Source of the DNA: Oscillospiraceae bacterium
Lineage (GTDB): Bacteria > Bacillota > Clostridia > HGM11514
Direction: 5' to 3'
Assembly (NCBI GenBank): GCA_015068925.1
Contig: SVJP01000001.1
Coordinates: 1,805-65,804 of the forward strand
Length of the DNA stretch: 64,000 bases
In this document: positions 19,175 through 28,685 of the stretch, piece by piece
How the letters are laid out: the number at the start of each line of letters is the position of its first letter
Position numbering within the stretch: the first letter of the stretch is position 1
Notes under the pieces: generated by a model
Seen by the model: the letters and a program-made list of their open reading frames with translations, nothing else
Databases searched by the model: none
What the model was told of the DNA's origin: nothing
Position numbers and translations under genes: made by a program

Positions 19175-21502
19175 ATGAAAAAACGGTTGAGTTTGCTTTG
19201 TCTGGTATTTATTATAATCAGCAGTAATTGTTACGGTGTAGCGGCAGAATCTGAATTTGCAACTCGGGGAAAAGTGTTGGAAATGATTTTGACTGCTGCG
19301 GATGCTTACAACGAAGAAATTGAAGCCTCTGATATTATGAAGGGTGACGGAGATGGAAATTTACGGAAAAATGACCCTGTTCGTCGTGTGGAAGCAATGG
19401 CGATGCTCAGTCGCGCCTTCCCGAATTTGCCTGCTCCCACAGAATATCAACTGACCATTGGTAATTTTGGAAATGAATTTACTGATTTGCCTGATTGGGC
19501 AGTTTCAGATTTGGCGAATTTAAGGCAAGCAGGGATTATTGCAGGATATCCTGACGGTCGTTTAGGTGTGGATGACAATGTAACAGAAGAACAAATGGAA
19601 TTGTTGATTCGTCGTATCTGGGCGTATCTGGGCAGCAATTTGAAGGATAATTTTTATATGACACAAAACAAGCAATGGTTAGATACCACAACGTTGTCTG
19701 CCGCTGATTTGTCTGTAGGAACCTTTTATGATGTCAGTCAAGTTACTTCGCAGCAGTTGGAAACCGTTATTATGGAGATGGTAGAAGGAGATTGGAAAGA
19801 AGATACCAAAGAACAAAGAGTTAAGGATTTTTATACTGCAGCAGCAGATGTGAATGCTCGAAATGGGCAGGGGATTAAACCCATTCAAGTACCGCTTCAA
19901 AGGATTGATGAGGCAAAATCCTTAAGCGAGTTATTGTACGTTCATGCTTATATATGCGAGGCTACCGGAAATATCAACATTTTGGGAATGTTTTCTGATG
20001 TTGATATAAAAAGCGGTGCATCTTATGTGGCATACGTGAGTGGAATGTCCGGAATTTTGGAAAAAGCTTATTTTGAAACAGAGGACCCGACAGCAAAGGA
20101 AGCATACCTGAATCTGGTTTCCGATACTTTGGAATTGGGCGGAGAATCAGCGAAAGATGCGGATGCGCATGCTGCTATGATGTATGAGATGGAGCGAGAA
20201 ATTGCTCTTGCCTCTTTGGACCTGAAGGATTATTATGATTTTGAGAAAACTTATGCCCGTTATGAATTCAGGGAATTTGCAAACTTACTGGATGGAAATG
20301 TACCGTGGTTTTTAATTACACCATGGGACAAAGGGGGCTTCTTTGTCTTGACAGACGAAGGCAGAGTGTTAAAAACCATTGAATTTTTGAAGGAAGAAAA
20401 TCTGGAAACAATAAAAAGTTATTTAAAATTCTGGCTTTTGCAGGATTCTGCTTCTTTGCTGTCCCAAGATATGCAACAGCCTTACATTGATTTTGTCAAG
20501 GCTATGTATGACGTAGAGATTCCTCTTGATCCGAAAGGGAATGCGGTTTCATTGGTGCAAACGTATTTACCGGAATGTTTGGAAGAGGATTATGCCAAAC
20601 GGTTTTGTTCTCCCGAAATTAAAGAAAAGGCAACTGCTCTTGTCAATCAACTAAAGGATGATTTTAAGATAAGGCTGGAACGTGCAGACTGGTTAAGTGT
20701 TACTACCCGCAACAACGCCATTGAAAAATTAGACCACATGATAGTCAATGTAGCATATCCGAAAGAGTTTTATGATATCTTTGAAGGGGTTACGTTTGAC
20801 GGTGATTTGTTCGCTAATGCTACTGTAATCAAATCCTTTTATGCTTATGTCAGTCAGGAAATGATTGGAGAAAAAACAGATCATACTTTGTGGCCTATGT
20901 ATTGCTATACGGTAAATGCAGCCTATATGCCAAATTATAACTCCATTACCATTCCTGCAGGAATTTTACAAGCACCCTTTTATGATGAGGATGCAAAGGA
21001 GGAGGAAAATCTTGCGGGAATCGGCGTGGTTATCGGACACGAGATTACCCACGCGTTTGATTCTTCCGGTGCTGATTATGATAAAAACGGAGCATATCAT
21101 AGTTGGTGGACGGAACAGGATCGAACTGTATTTGAGGAAAAATGCAAAAAGGTAGAATTGTTGTATGATGGTGTGGAAATCAGCAATCATGCCAAATGCG
21201 ATGGTGAATTAACCCTGTCGGAAAATATTGCTGATTTGGGCGGTATGGCAAGTGCATTGGATGTGATGAAAACCTTGGATGCTCCGGATTATCAATTGTT
21301 TTTCACTCATTATGCTACTGTCTGGAGACAGTATAGCCGTCAGAATTACGTAAATTATCTTGCTGAAAACGATGTTCATTCACCGGAGTTTTTGCGGGTT
21401 AATCATGTGGTCAAGAATTTCGGAGAGTTTTATGATGCATTTGATATTCAGCCGGGAGACGGAATGTATTTGCCGCCTGAAGAAAGAATAACAATTTGGT
21501 AA
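19175..21502 (+). CDS. M13-family zinc metalloendopeptidase (PepO/neprilysin-like) with a signal peptide and an N-terminal SLH-like domain
   Basis: VIGHEITHAFD is the HExxH zinc site and ENIADLGG is the M13 signature. The N-terminus has a signal peptide and an SLH-like repeat (FTDLPDWAVSDLANLRQAGIIAGYPDGRLG). Confidence 0.85.
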   Translation: MKKRLSLLCLVFIIISSNCYGVAAESEFATRGKVLEMILTAADAYNEEIEASDIMKGDGDGNLRKNDPVRRVEAMAMLSRAFPNLPAPTEYQLTIGNFGNEFTDLPDWAVSDLANLRQAGIIAGYPDGRLGVDDNVTEEQMELLIRRIWAYLGSNLKDNFYMTQNKQWLDTTTLSAADLSVGTFYDVSQVTSQQLETVIMEMVEGDWKEDTKEQRVKDFYTAAADVNARNGQGIKPIQVPLQRIDEAKSLSELLYVHAYICEATGNINILGMFSDVDIKSGASYVAYVSGMSGILEKAYFETEDPTAKEAYLNLVSDTLELGGESAKDADAHAAMMYEMEREIALASLDLKDYYDFEKTYARYEFREFANLLDGNVPWFLITPWDKGGFFVLTDEGRVLKTIEFLKEENLETIKSYLKFWLLQDSASLLSQDMQQPYIDFVKAMYDVEIPLDPKGNAVSLVQTYLPECLEEDYAKRFCSPEIKEKATALVNQLKDDFKIRLERADWLSVTTRNNAIEKLDHMIVNVAYPKEFYDIFEGVTFDGDLFANATVIKSFYAYVSQEMIGEKTDHTLWPMYCYTVNAAYMPNYNSITIPAGILQAPFYDEDAKEEENLAGIGVVIGHEITHAFDSSGADYDKNGAYHSWWTEQDRTVFEEKCKKVELLYDGVEISNHAKCDGELTLSENIADLGGMASALDVMKTLDAPDYQLFFTHYATVWRQYSRQNYVNYLAENDVHSPEFLRVNHVVKNFGEFYDAFDIQPGDGMYLPPEERITIW

Positions 21503-21507
21503 AACAG

Positions 21508-21553
21508 ATAAAGAAGGACGTAGCAAAATGCTTTTTGCTACGTCCTTCTTTAT
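21508..21553 (+). terminator. Long perfect hairpin (about 21 bp stem) after the M13 peptidase gene
   Basis: ATAAAGAAGGACGTAGCAAAA-tgct-TTTTGCTACGTCCTTCTTTAT. Only a weak U-tract follows. Confidence 0.5.
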
Positions 21554-21644
21554 CTCAGACCGTCGAAAAAGTCGGTCTACCGCAAGCACACAAAAGGAAA
21601 AAAGAGTGAATTATGGATGTTTCATCTATAATAAAATCGTAAAA

Positions 21645-21690
21645 AACCGCCTGGAAAATACTGAATTTCCCAGGCGGTTGCTTGCTTTTT
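21645..21690. terminator. Bidirectional rho-independent terminator
   Basis: AACCGCCTGG with a 15 nt loop, then CCAGGCGGTT, with AAAAAA upstream and GCTTGCTTTTTG downstream. It lies downstream of the convergent minus-strand operon ending at 21786. Confidence 0.55.
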
Positions 21691-21785
21691 GCCAAAATGA
21701 ACACTTGCGGATAGCCGTACTGTCTGCGATTCATTTTGACAAAATATCCCTTCCTTTTTCTTGGTCTGCCAGCCTGTCGATAGGT

Positions 21786-22361
21786 TTATCTCATTTCTTT
21801 TAAGTGTTTATCGTATTCTTCCGCTTCCTCCTCTGTCGGCAACCCGGTATCGAACTGAGATTGCATCACGGAATAATCCTGTGAAAAACATTCCAGGCTC
21901 ATTTGTGTAAATACTCCGTCGTTTGCCATGGTTTGCAACACGGAAGCGAGGAGGCTTTCAAACTCTTTATCGCCTTTGCGATATAATAATACATATTCTT
22001 CGCTGTCAATCTTTAAGATAACTTCCGAATATCCCAAAGCATGGTCGGGTTTTCCGAACGTAAGGTCGGCAACCTTCTTTTTGATATTTGCTTTGGCTTG
22101 TTTTGGAGAACAGGTTACCATTTCCAACGGAATGCCCAAGGCTTCTGCAATATATTCTGACAGAACTTCGGAAAAATGCTGCAACGAAGTATCGTCAGCA
22201 GTATGACAAAATACCATTTTTCCACGTTCGATGATCTCTTCCCACGAACTGTCTAATGCATTTTCAGAAGTGGGCGAGGGAGACGGCACCACTTCCTTTT
22301 TACCACATGCGGTCATAAGCATGCAACCTGCCAACAAAAGATAAATCCATTTTCTTTTCAC
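21786..22361 (-). CDS. Lipoprotein, hypothetical
   Basis: MKRKWIYLLLAGCMLMTACGKKE is a signal peptide with the lipobox LMTAC. GTG start 10 nt after AAGGAG. Confidence 0.6.
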   Translation of the reverse strand: MKRKWIYLLLAGCMLMTACGKKEVVPSPSPTSENALDSSWEEIIERGKMVFCHTADDTSLQHFSEVLSEYIAEALGIPLEMVTCSPKQAKANIKKKVADLTFGKPDHALGYSEVILKIDSEEYVLLYRKGDKEFESLLASVLQTMANDGVFTQMSLECFSQDYSVMQSQFDTGLPTEEEAEEYDKHLKEMR

Positions 22362-22375
22362 GGCTCTATGTCTCC

Positions 22376-23242
22376 TTACAAGGACAGGCTTTTCAAATAT
22401 GCCAAAAATTCATCTCTCAAATCCTCTCGTTTCAAAGCAAATTCTACCGTAGCTTCTAAAAATCCTTCCTTGTTTCCCACATCATAGCGTCTGCCAATAA
22501 AATCATAAGCATAGATGCATTGCTTTTGTGCAAGACGAACCAATGCATCGGTTAATTGGATTTCACCGCCTGCGCCGGGCGTGGTTTGTTCTAACTCTGT
22601 AAAAATTTCAGGAGTGATGATATATCGTCCCAAAATTGCAACATTGGAGGGTGCTTCCTCTACCTTTGGTTTTTCTACCAAGGTATTTACTTTATAAATA
22701 CGGTCTGCCACATTGGTTCCTGCTACAATACCGTATTTGCAGGTGTCTTGTTCAGGGACGGTTTGCACACCTAAAACAGAAGTTTGATATTGTTCAAACA
22801 CTTCAATCATCTGCTTCAAGCAAGGCTTTTGGGGTGCATCCACCACGTCGTCTCCCAACAAAACCGCAAAGGGTTCATTGCCCACAAAGGTTTTTGCACA
22901 ATGGATAGCATGACCCAGCCCCAGGGGCTCTTTTTGACGAATATAGTAAATGTTCGCTAATTTAGAAATATCTTGTACCAGAGAAAGAAGTTCTTCTTTT
23001 TTTCCTTTGGAAAGCTCTGCTTCCAATTCGTAGGATTTGTCAAAATGGTCTTCGATGGCACGCTTGCTTCTTCCCGTTACAATAATAATGTCTTCAATGC
23101 CCGATTGAACCGCCTCTTCAATAATGTACTGGATGGTGGGTTTGTCCACAATAGGGAGCATTTCCTTGGGTTGTGCTTTTGTGGCAGGTAAAAATCTCGT
23201 TCCCAGACCTGCTGCGGGAATCACTGCTTTTCTAACCTTCAT
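22376..23242 (-). CDS. galU: UTP--glucose-1-phosphate uridylyltransferase
   Basis: [44 protein letters not shown] is the GalU N-terminus. AAAGGAGGA Shine-Dalgarno site. Confidence 0.9.
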   Translation of the reverse strand: MKVRKAVIPAAGLGTRFLPATKAQPKEMLPIVDKPTIQYIIEEAVQSGIEDIIIVTGRSKRAIEDHFDKSYELEAELSKGKKEELLSLVQDISKLANIYYIRQKEPLGLGHAIHCAKTFVGNEPFAVLLGDDVVDAPQKPCLKQMIEVFEQYQTSVLGVQTVPEQDTCKYGIVAGTNVADRIYKVNTLVEKPKVEEAPSNVAILGRYIITPEIFTELEQTTPGAGGEIQLTDALVRLAQKQCIYAYDFIGRRYDVGNKEGFLEATVEFALKREDLRDEFLAYLKSLSL

Positions 23243-23978
23243 GTTTTTTCCTCCTTTTTTCTGTTCTGACTACTTTCCAGCCTTCTAATTCAGAACGTTG
23301 AATTGCTCCGAAGAAACGGTCCCGTAATCCGGGGTTTTCCCGTTCTAAATTTCGAAGCGTATCTTTAATGTACTGCCGTTTTGTATGTCCGTCTACGGGA
23401 CAGGGGTTGTGCACCACGGGAAAAGTATATTTTTCTTTTAATTTTACCACTTCTCGTTCGTGCAAATAAAGCATGGGACGAATCAGAGTTACTCCTTTTC
23501 TGTCAAGAAATGTGACAGGGGAGAAGCAATTGATTCTGCCTTCATAAAACAAACTGAGAAAAAAGGTTTCTACCGCATCGTCGAAATGATGCCCCAATGC
23601 TACTTTTTTACACCCTCTTGCAAGAGCGGCATCATGAAGTGCTCCCCGTCGCATTTTCGCACAAAGAGAACAAGGATTCGATTCCTGTCTTGCTTCAAAA
23701 ATAACGGGAGCAATATCGGTTTTGACTACGGTATAAGGAACCTCTAAGGTATCGCACAAGGCTTTGATTTTAGAAAAATCCAGTCCTTCAAAGCCCATAT
23801 CCAATGTGATTGCTTCCAGTTCGAATTTGTTAGGATAAAACCGTTTCAGATTGGCTAAGGCATATAACAAACAAAGAGAATCTTTTCCGCCTGAAATTCC
23901 TACAGCAATCCGATCTCCGGATTGAATCATATCATAGTCCTCCACACAACGGCGGACGTGGCTTAACAAATGTTTCAT
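23232..23978 (-). CDS. ttcA: tRNA 2-thiocytidine biosynthesis protein TtcA-like PP-loop ATPase
   Basis: SGGKDS PP-loop with [10 protein letters not shown] and NPCP Cys motifs. Start taken at the MKHLL Met, 8 nt after AAAGGA. The track ORF begins 6 codons upstream. Confidence 0.8.
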   Translation of the reverse strand: MKHLLSHVRRCVEDYDMIQSGDRIAVGISGGKDSLCLLYALANLKRFYPNKFELEAITLDMGFEGLDFSKIKALCDTLEVPYTVVKTDIAPVIFEARQESNPCSLCAKMRRGALHDAALARGCKKVALGHHFDDAVETFFLSLFYEGRINCFSPVTFLDRKGVTLIRPMLYLHEREVVKLKEKYTFPVVHNPCPVDGHTKRQYIKDTLRNLERENPGLRDRFFGAIQRSELEGWKVVRTEKRRKKHEG

Positions 23979-24155
23979 CGTTTCCATCCTTTCCATACTT
24001 CTATTATAACGGGAATTGCAAAAAAAAGCAAGGGTTATCCAGAAAACTGTTTGTTATTTTTTAAGTTTTTTGGTATGTTGTGGAATTCTATAAAGAGAAA
24101 ACAGAAAATATTAAAAAATTTTTAACTCTTTTTTCGAATTTCCTGTCAAAAACCA

Positions 24156-24184
24156 TTGACAGAATCCGAAGAAAAAGGTATAAT
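24156..24184 (+). promoter_or_regulatory. Candidate sigma-A promoter of miaB with an overlapping inverted repeat
   Basis: TTGACA, a 17 nt spacer, then TATAAT. The inverted repeat CTGTCAA-aaacca-TTGACAG (24143-24162) covers the -35 box. Confidence 0.45.
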
Positions 24185-24240
24185 TAAAGGATACTGGGGT
24201 ATTATGCTCAGTGAAAGTCTGATCAGAAAGGAAATCGGGT

Positions 24241-25641
24241 ATGGCAGAGAATAAAAATACAAAGAGTCAGCATATTTCCAAGCAGGAAATTGACCGTCAA
24301 AAACAGTATATGCAGCAGGTGGCAGACCTTTCTCTGACCGGTCGTATGGCGTGTGTTCAGACCTATGGATGTCAGCAAAACGAAAATGATTCCAGAAGAA
24401 TCTGCGGAATGTTGAAGGAAATGGGTTTTATGTTTACCGATGACCTGAATCAGGCGGATTTGATTGTGTTTAATACCTGTGCGGTGCGGGAAAATGCAGA
24501 GCTGAAGGTGTATGGAAAAGTGGGTGCCCTCAAGCATCATAAACGCCGTAAGCCTTCTTTGAAAATTGCTTTGTGCGGATGTATGACTCAGCAAGAGCAG
24601 GTGGCTATGACCATCAAACGAAAATATCCTCATGTGGATATGGTATTCGGCACCCATGCCTTGTACCGTTTTCCTGAAATTTTATATCGTTCCTATCAGG
24701 AGGAACGTGTGTTTGAAACAGAATCCTTTGACGGTGCCATCGCGGAGGATTTGCCGATTTTACGGGACAACCCTGTGAAGGCAGGTGTGTCGGTGATGTA
24801 TGGTTGTAACAATTTTTGTTCTTATTGCATTGTGCCTTATGTAAGGGGCAGAGAACGAAGTCGCGAAAAGTACGATGTGCTCAAAGAAGTCAGGCAGACG
24901 GTGGAATCCGGCATCAGCGAAGTGATGCTGTTGGGGCAAAATGTAAATTCCTATGCAGGAGGATGCGATTTTGCAGATTTGCTTTCTGAGGTTGCGCAAA
25001 CCCCGGGACTTCGCAGAATTCGGTTTATGACATCTCATCCCAAGGATATCAGCGAAAAGCTGGTGCGGACTATGGCAGAATTTCCCAATATCTGCAATCA
25101 GCTTCATTTGCCTTTTCAATCGGGGAACAATCGGGTGCTTCAGGTGATGAATCGGAAATATACCCGTGAGCATTATTTAGAGCTGATTACCATGGTTCGT
25201 TCGTATCTTCCCGATGTGGTGTTGAGCAGCGATGTGATTGTGGGATTCCCCGGTGAAACGGATGCCGAATTTGAAGATACCCTGTCGTTGGTGGAGCAGG
25301 TGCGGTATGACAGCTTATTTACTTTTATTTATTCCAAGCGTCACGGTACCCCAGCGGCAACCATGGAGGATTTTGCCACAGAAGAGGATAAATCGAGACG
25401 GTTTGGGAAATTATTAGATTTGCAAAACCGAATTTCACGGGAAATTAATGAATCTTATGTAGGAAAAACCTTTGAACTTCTGATAGAAGGTGCCGCAAAG
25501 CATGAGAAAGCAATGCTTGCAGGGCGGACAGAAGGAAATAAATTGGTTCATTTAAAAGGGTCAGAAGAACTGACTGGACAATATATTAATGTAACAATAA
25601 CAGAGGCACAAACCTGGTCTCTGATTGGTGAAAGGAGTTAA
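24241..25641 (+). CDS. miaB: tRNA-i6A37 methylthiotransferase MiaB
   Basis: 466 aa. MACVQTYGCQQNENDS is the MTTase N-domain, GCNNFCSYC is the radical-SAM CxxxCxxC, and a TRAM-like C-terminus follows. Confidence 0.9.
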   Translation: MAENKNTKSQHISKQEIDRQKQYMQQVADLSLTGRMACVQTYGCQQNENDSRRICGMLKEMGFMFTDDLNQADLIVFNTCAVRENAELKVYGKVGALKHHKRRKPSLKIALCGCMTQQEQVAMTIKRKYPHVDMVFGTHALYRFPEILYRSYQEERVFETESFDGAIAEDLPILRDNPVKAGVSVMYGCNNFCSYCIVPYVRGRERSREKYDVLKEVRQTVESGISEVMLLGQNVNSYAGGCDFADLLSEVAQTPGLRRIRFMTSHPKDISEKLVRTMAEFPNICNQLHLPFQSGNNRVLQVMNRKYTREHYLELITMVRSYLPDVVLSSDVIVGFPGETDAEFEDTLSLVEQVRYDSLFTFIYSKRHGTPAATMEDFATEEDKSRRFGKLLDLQNRISREINESYVGKTFELLIEGAAKHEKAMLAGRTEGNKLVHLKGSEELTGQYINVTITEAQTWSLIGERS

Positions 25642-25646
25642 GTAAA

Positions 25647-26033
25647 ATGGATATTTTGGAACAAGCCCAGATTTTGGGAAAACTGATTGCAGAAAGTGAC
25701 GAGTATTTGAATATGAAAAAGGCGGAGGAAGCACAGTTGGCAGATGAAACTGCTCAGGCACAGCTTGCCGCTTATAATGAACTGACCAACGAATTTTCTA
25801 TGAAGGTCAGAATGGGAGAACCTTCCAAAGAAGAAATGGAAGAATATAAGGAAAAACTGACTTCTGAGTATCAAAAGCTGAATGAAAATCCCACTATTAA
25901 GGAATATATTTATACCCAACAGGCATTTGATGCATTGATGAAAAAGATTAACACATTGATTGCTCAATATGTGGTTCCTCAAGGAAGCGGCGGTTGCAGC
26001 GGCAGCTGTGACAGTTGCGGAGGATGTCACTAA
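25647..26033 (+). CDS. ricA: YmcA/RicA-family regulator (com_ylbF superfamily) with a Cys-rich C-terminal tail
   Basis: 128 aa. Its position between miaB (ymcB) and mutS matches Bacillus ymcA. The N-terminus MDILEQAQILGKLIAESDEYLNMKKAEE fits, and the C-terminus ends CSGSCDSCGGCH. Confidence 0.7.
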   Translation: MDILEQAQILGKLIAESDEYLNMKKAEEAQLADETAQAQLAAYNELTNEFSMKVRMGEPSKEEMEEYKEKLTSEYQKLNENPTIKEYIYTQQAFDALMKKINTLIAQYVVPQGSGGCSGSCDSCGGCH

Positions 26034-26061
26034 ACCAAACCGGGAAAAGGAGGCGGGAGCA

Positions 26062-28668
26062 ATGGCGGAGCTTTCACCAATGATGAAGCAATATATGGAA
26101 ATAAAGCAGGCAAATGAAGATGCGATTTTGTTCTTCCGCTTGGGTGATTTTTATGAAATGTTTTTTCGCGATGCTGAGGTTGCCTCCAAAGAACTGGAAA
26201 TTACATTGACAGGTCGCGATTGCGGTCTGGAAGCCCGTGCACCGATGTGCGGTGTGCCCTTTCATTCAGCGGATGCCTATATTGCCCGTTTGATTGCAAA
26301 GGGATATAAGGTTGCCATCTGTGAACAGGTGGAGGACCCGAAAGCTACAAAAGGAATTGTGAGACGGGAAATTATCCGTGTAGTCAGTCCGGGAACGCTG
26401 ATTGATACCAATGTTCTGGACGAAAAAAAGAATAATTATTTGTGTTGTATCTATCGGGATGAAAAGGGTGGCGGTATTGTTTTTGGTGATATTACCACCG
26501 GTGAAATTTCTGCAACCCGATTTGAAGGGGACGGATATTTATTTCGTATCTATAACGAAATCGGAAGATATCATCCCAGCGAATTGCTGGTTAATGCAGG
26601 TTGTTCGGACGAAAAACAATTTTCAAGCTTTGTAGAAGAACGGTTTGGACTTCGTGTGGGAACTCTTGATGCAGAGTGCTTTTCTCCCCAACAGGCAAAA
26701 CTGGCGTTGGAACAACAGTTTCATACCACCGATTTTGCAAGTGTTGGTCTTGAAGAACAACACTACATCCTTCGTGCCTGTGGCGCCATGTTCGGGTTTT
26801 TACAGGAAACACAAAAGGTGTCGTTGGAGCATATTCGTGAGATTCATTCTTATACAGACGGGGAGTTTATGGATTTGGATTTGAACACCCGTCGTAATCT
26901 GGAAATCACCGAAACCATGCGGGAAAAAAGCAAGGCCGGTTCTTTGCTTTTCGTTTTGGATCGGACAGGAACTGCCATGGGAGCAAGACTCCTTCGGAAA
27001 TGGTTGGAACAGCCTTTGATTAACTGTGTTGCCATTCGAAAACGGTTAAACGGTGTGGAGGAATTGTTTACAGACAGCATCCGTCGTCAGGAATTGATGA
27101 GAGTGCTCAAAAGCATGTTGGATATTGAACGGCTGATGAGTAAAATTTCTTACAAAACTGCCAATGCCCGTGATTTGGTTTCTTTCCGTAATTCCATTCA
27201 GGTGCTTCCGCAAATCAAGCAGTTGCTTGCAAACAGCAAAAGCGGAATGGTTTCAGAGCAATATCAGAATTTAGATTCTTTGGAAGATTTATGTTTTTTG
27301 CTGGAGCGAGCTGTGGCTGATGAACCGCCTTTTTCCGTCAGAGAAGGTGGTATGATCAAGGAAGGCTATCATGAACAGGTGGACCAATACCGTCAAGCCA
27401 TGAAAAACGGCAAGCAATGGATTAACGAGTTGGAACAGGCAGAACGGGAACGGACAGGAATTAAGAATTTAAAAACCGGCTACAATAAAGTGTTCGGTTA
27501 TTACATAGAGGTAACCAAATCCTTTCAGGATAAGGTGCCTGAGCATTATATCAGAAAACAAACTTTGGCAAACTGTGAACGGTATATTACCGATGAACTG
27601 AAAAAGCTGGAGGATACCATATTAAGTGCAGGAGAACGGATTGCGGCTTTGGAATATGAGTTGTTTGAACAGCTTCTCGGGACTATTGGCGGCAATTTGC
27701 CGAAAATTCAGAAAACCATTCATGCCGTAGCGGTGACGGATTGTCTTTGTTCTTTGGCAGCTGTGGCAGCAGAAAACAATTACTGTATGCCCGAAATTAA
27801 TTTATCGGATAAAATTGTGATTCGTGATGGGCGGCATCCTGTGGTAGAGCAAATGCAACGAACAGATTTATTTGTTCCCAATGATACCTTGCTTGACCGC
27901 AATGAAAACCGCCTTGCTATGATTACAGGTCCCAATATGGCAGGAAAATCGACTTATATGCGTCAGGTAGCATTGATTATATTGATGGCGCAGATTGGTT
28001 CCTTTGTACCTGCCTCTTCCGCGCAAATCGGTGTGGTGGATAAGATTTTTACACGTGTGGGTGCATCGGATGATATTTCATCGGGACGCAGTACTTTTAT
28101 GGTGGAAATGAGCGAGGTGGCATATATTTTAAAACATGCTACCCCTAAAAGCTTACTTATCTTAGATGAAATTGGACGGGGAACCAGCACCTTTGACGGG
28201 CTTTCCATTGCATGGGCGGTTATTGAGCATGTGGTGGATCCGAAACTGCTGGGTGCAAAAACCTTGTTCGCTACACATTATCACGAACTAACGGAGTTGG
28301 AACATGAGTTACCCGGAGTGAAGAATTATTGTATTGCGGTAAAAAAACGGGGGGATGATGTGGTATTCCTGCGGAAAATCATTCGCGGTGGAGCGGATGA
28401 CAGCTTTGGAATTGAAGTAGCAAAGCTTGCAGGAGTTCCTTCCAATGTTTTAAAACGTGCAAAGAAGATTCTTGCATCATTGGAAGAAGGAAAACCGGAG
28501 AGTAAGTCTTTACCAAAAATAAAGGAAGAATCGGAAATGCAGATGGGGCTTGGTGATTTGGGAAGTGCAGAAGTGCTGGAGCAACTAAAGAATTTAGATG
28601 TTTCCACCATGTCACCCATCGAAGCGATGAATTGTTTGTATCAGATGCAACAAAAATTACAAGGATAA
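26062..28668 (+). CDS. mutS: DNA mismatch repair protein MutS
   Basis: Start at MAELSPMMKQYMEIK, after GGAGG. The Walker A site is GPNMAGKSTYMRQ. Full MutS domain order. Confidence 0.95.
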   Translation: MAELSPMMKQYMEIKQANEDAILFFRLGDFYEMFFRDAEVASKELEITLTGRDCGLEARAPMCGVPFHSADAYIARLIAKGYKVAICEQVEDPKATKGIVRREIIRVVSPGTLIDTNVLDEKKNNYLCCIYRDEKGGGIVFGDITTGEISATRFEGDGYLFRIYNEIGRYHPSELLVNAGCSDEKQFSSFVEERFGLRVGTLDAECFSPQQAKLALEQQFHTTDFASVGLEEQHYILRACGAMFGFLQETQKVSLEHIREIHSYTDGEFMDLDLNTRRNLEITETMREKSKAGSLLFVLDRTGTAMGARLLRKWLEQPLINCVAIRKRLNGVEELFTDSIRRQELMRVLKSMLDIERLMSKISYKTANARDLVSFRNSIQVLPQIKQLLANSKSGMVSEQYQNLDSLEDLCFLLERAVADEPPFSVREGGMIKEGYHEQVDQYRQAMKNGKQWINELEQAERERTGIKNLKTGYNKVFGYYIEVTKSFQDKVPEHYIRKQTLANCERYITDELKKLEDTILSAGERIAALEYELFEQLLGTIGGNLPKIQKTIHAVAVTDCLCSLAAVAAENNYCMPEINLSDKIVIRDGRHPVVEQMQRTDLFVPNDTLLDRNENRLAMITGPNMAGKSTYMRQVALIILMAQIGSFVPASSAQIGVVDKIFTRVGASDDISSGRSTFMVEMSEVAYILKHATPKSLLILDEIGRGTSTFDGLSIAWAVIEHVVDPKLLGAKTLFATHYHELTELEHELPGVKNYCIAVKKRGDDVVFLRKIIRGGADDSFGIEVAKLAGVPSNVLKRAKKILASLEEGKPESKSLPKIKEESEMQMGLGDLGSAEVLEQLKNLDVSTMSPIEAMNCLYQMQQKLQG

Positions 28669-28685
28669 AAAAGGAGGTGCAGGAA

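Noticed and set aside
21528-21803. 91 aa plus-strand ORF in the terminator-rich intergenic region
   Set aside because: It runs through two terminator hairpins and has no Shine-Dalgarno site. Its low-complexity translation overlaps the end of the convergent lipoprotein gene.
24223-25173. Minus-strand ORFs antisense to miaB
   Set aside because: They sit inside a well-supported radical-SAM gene. No supporting signals.
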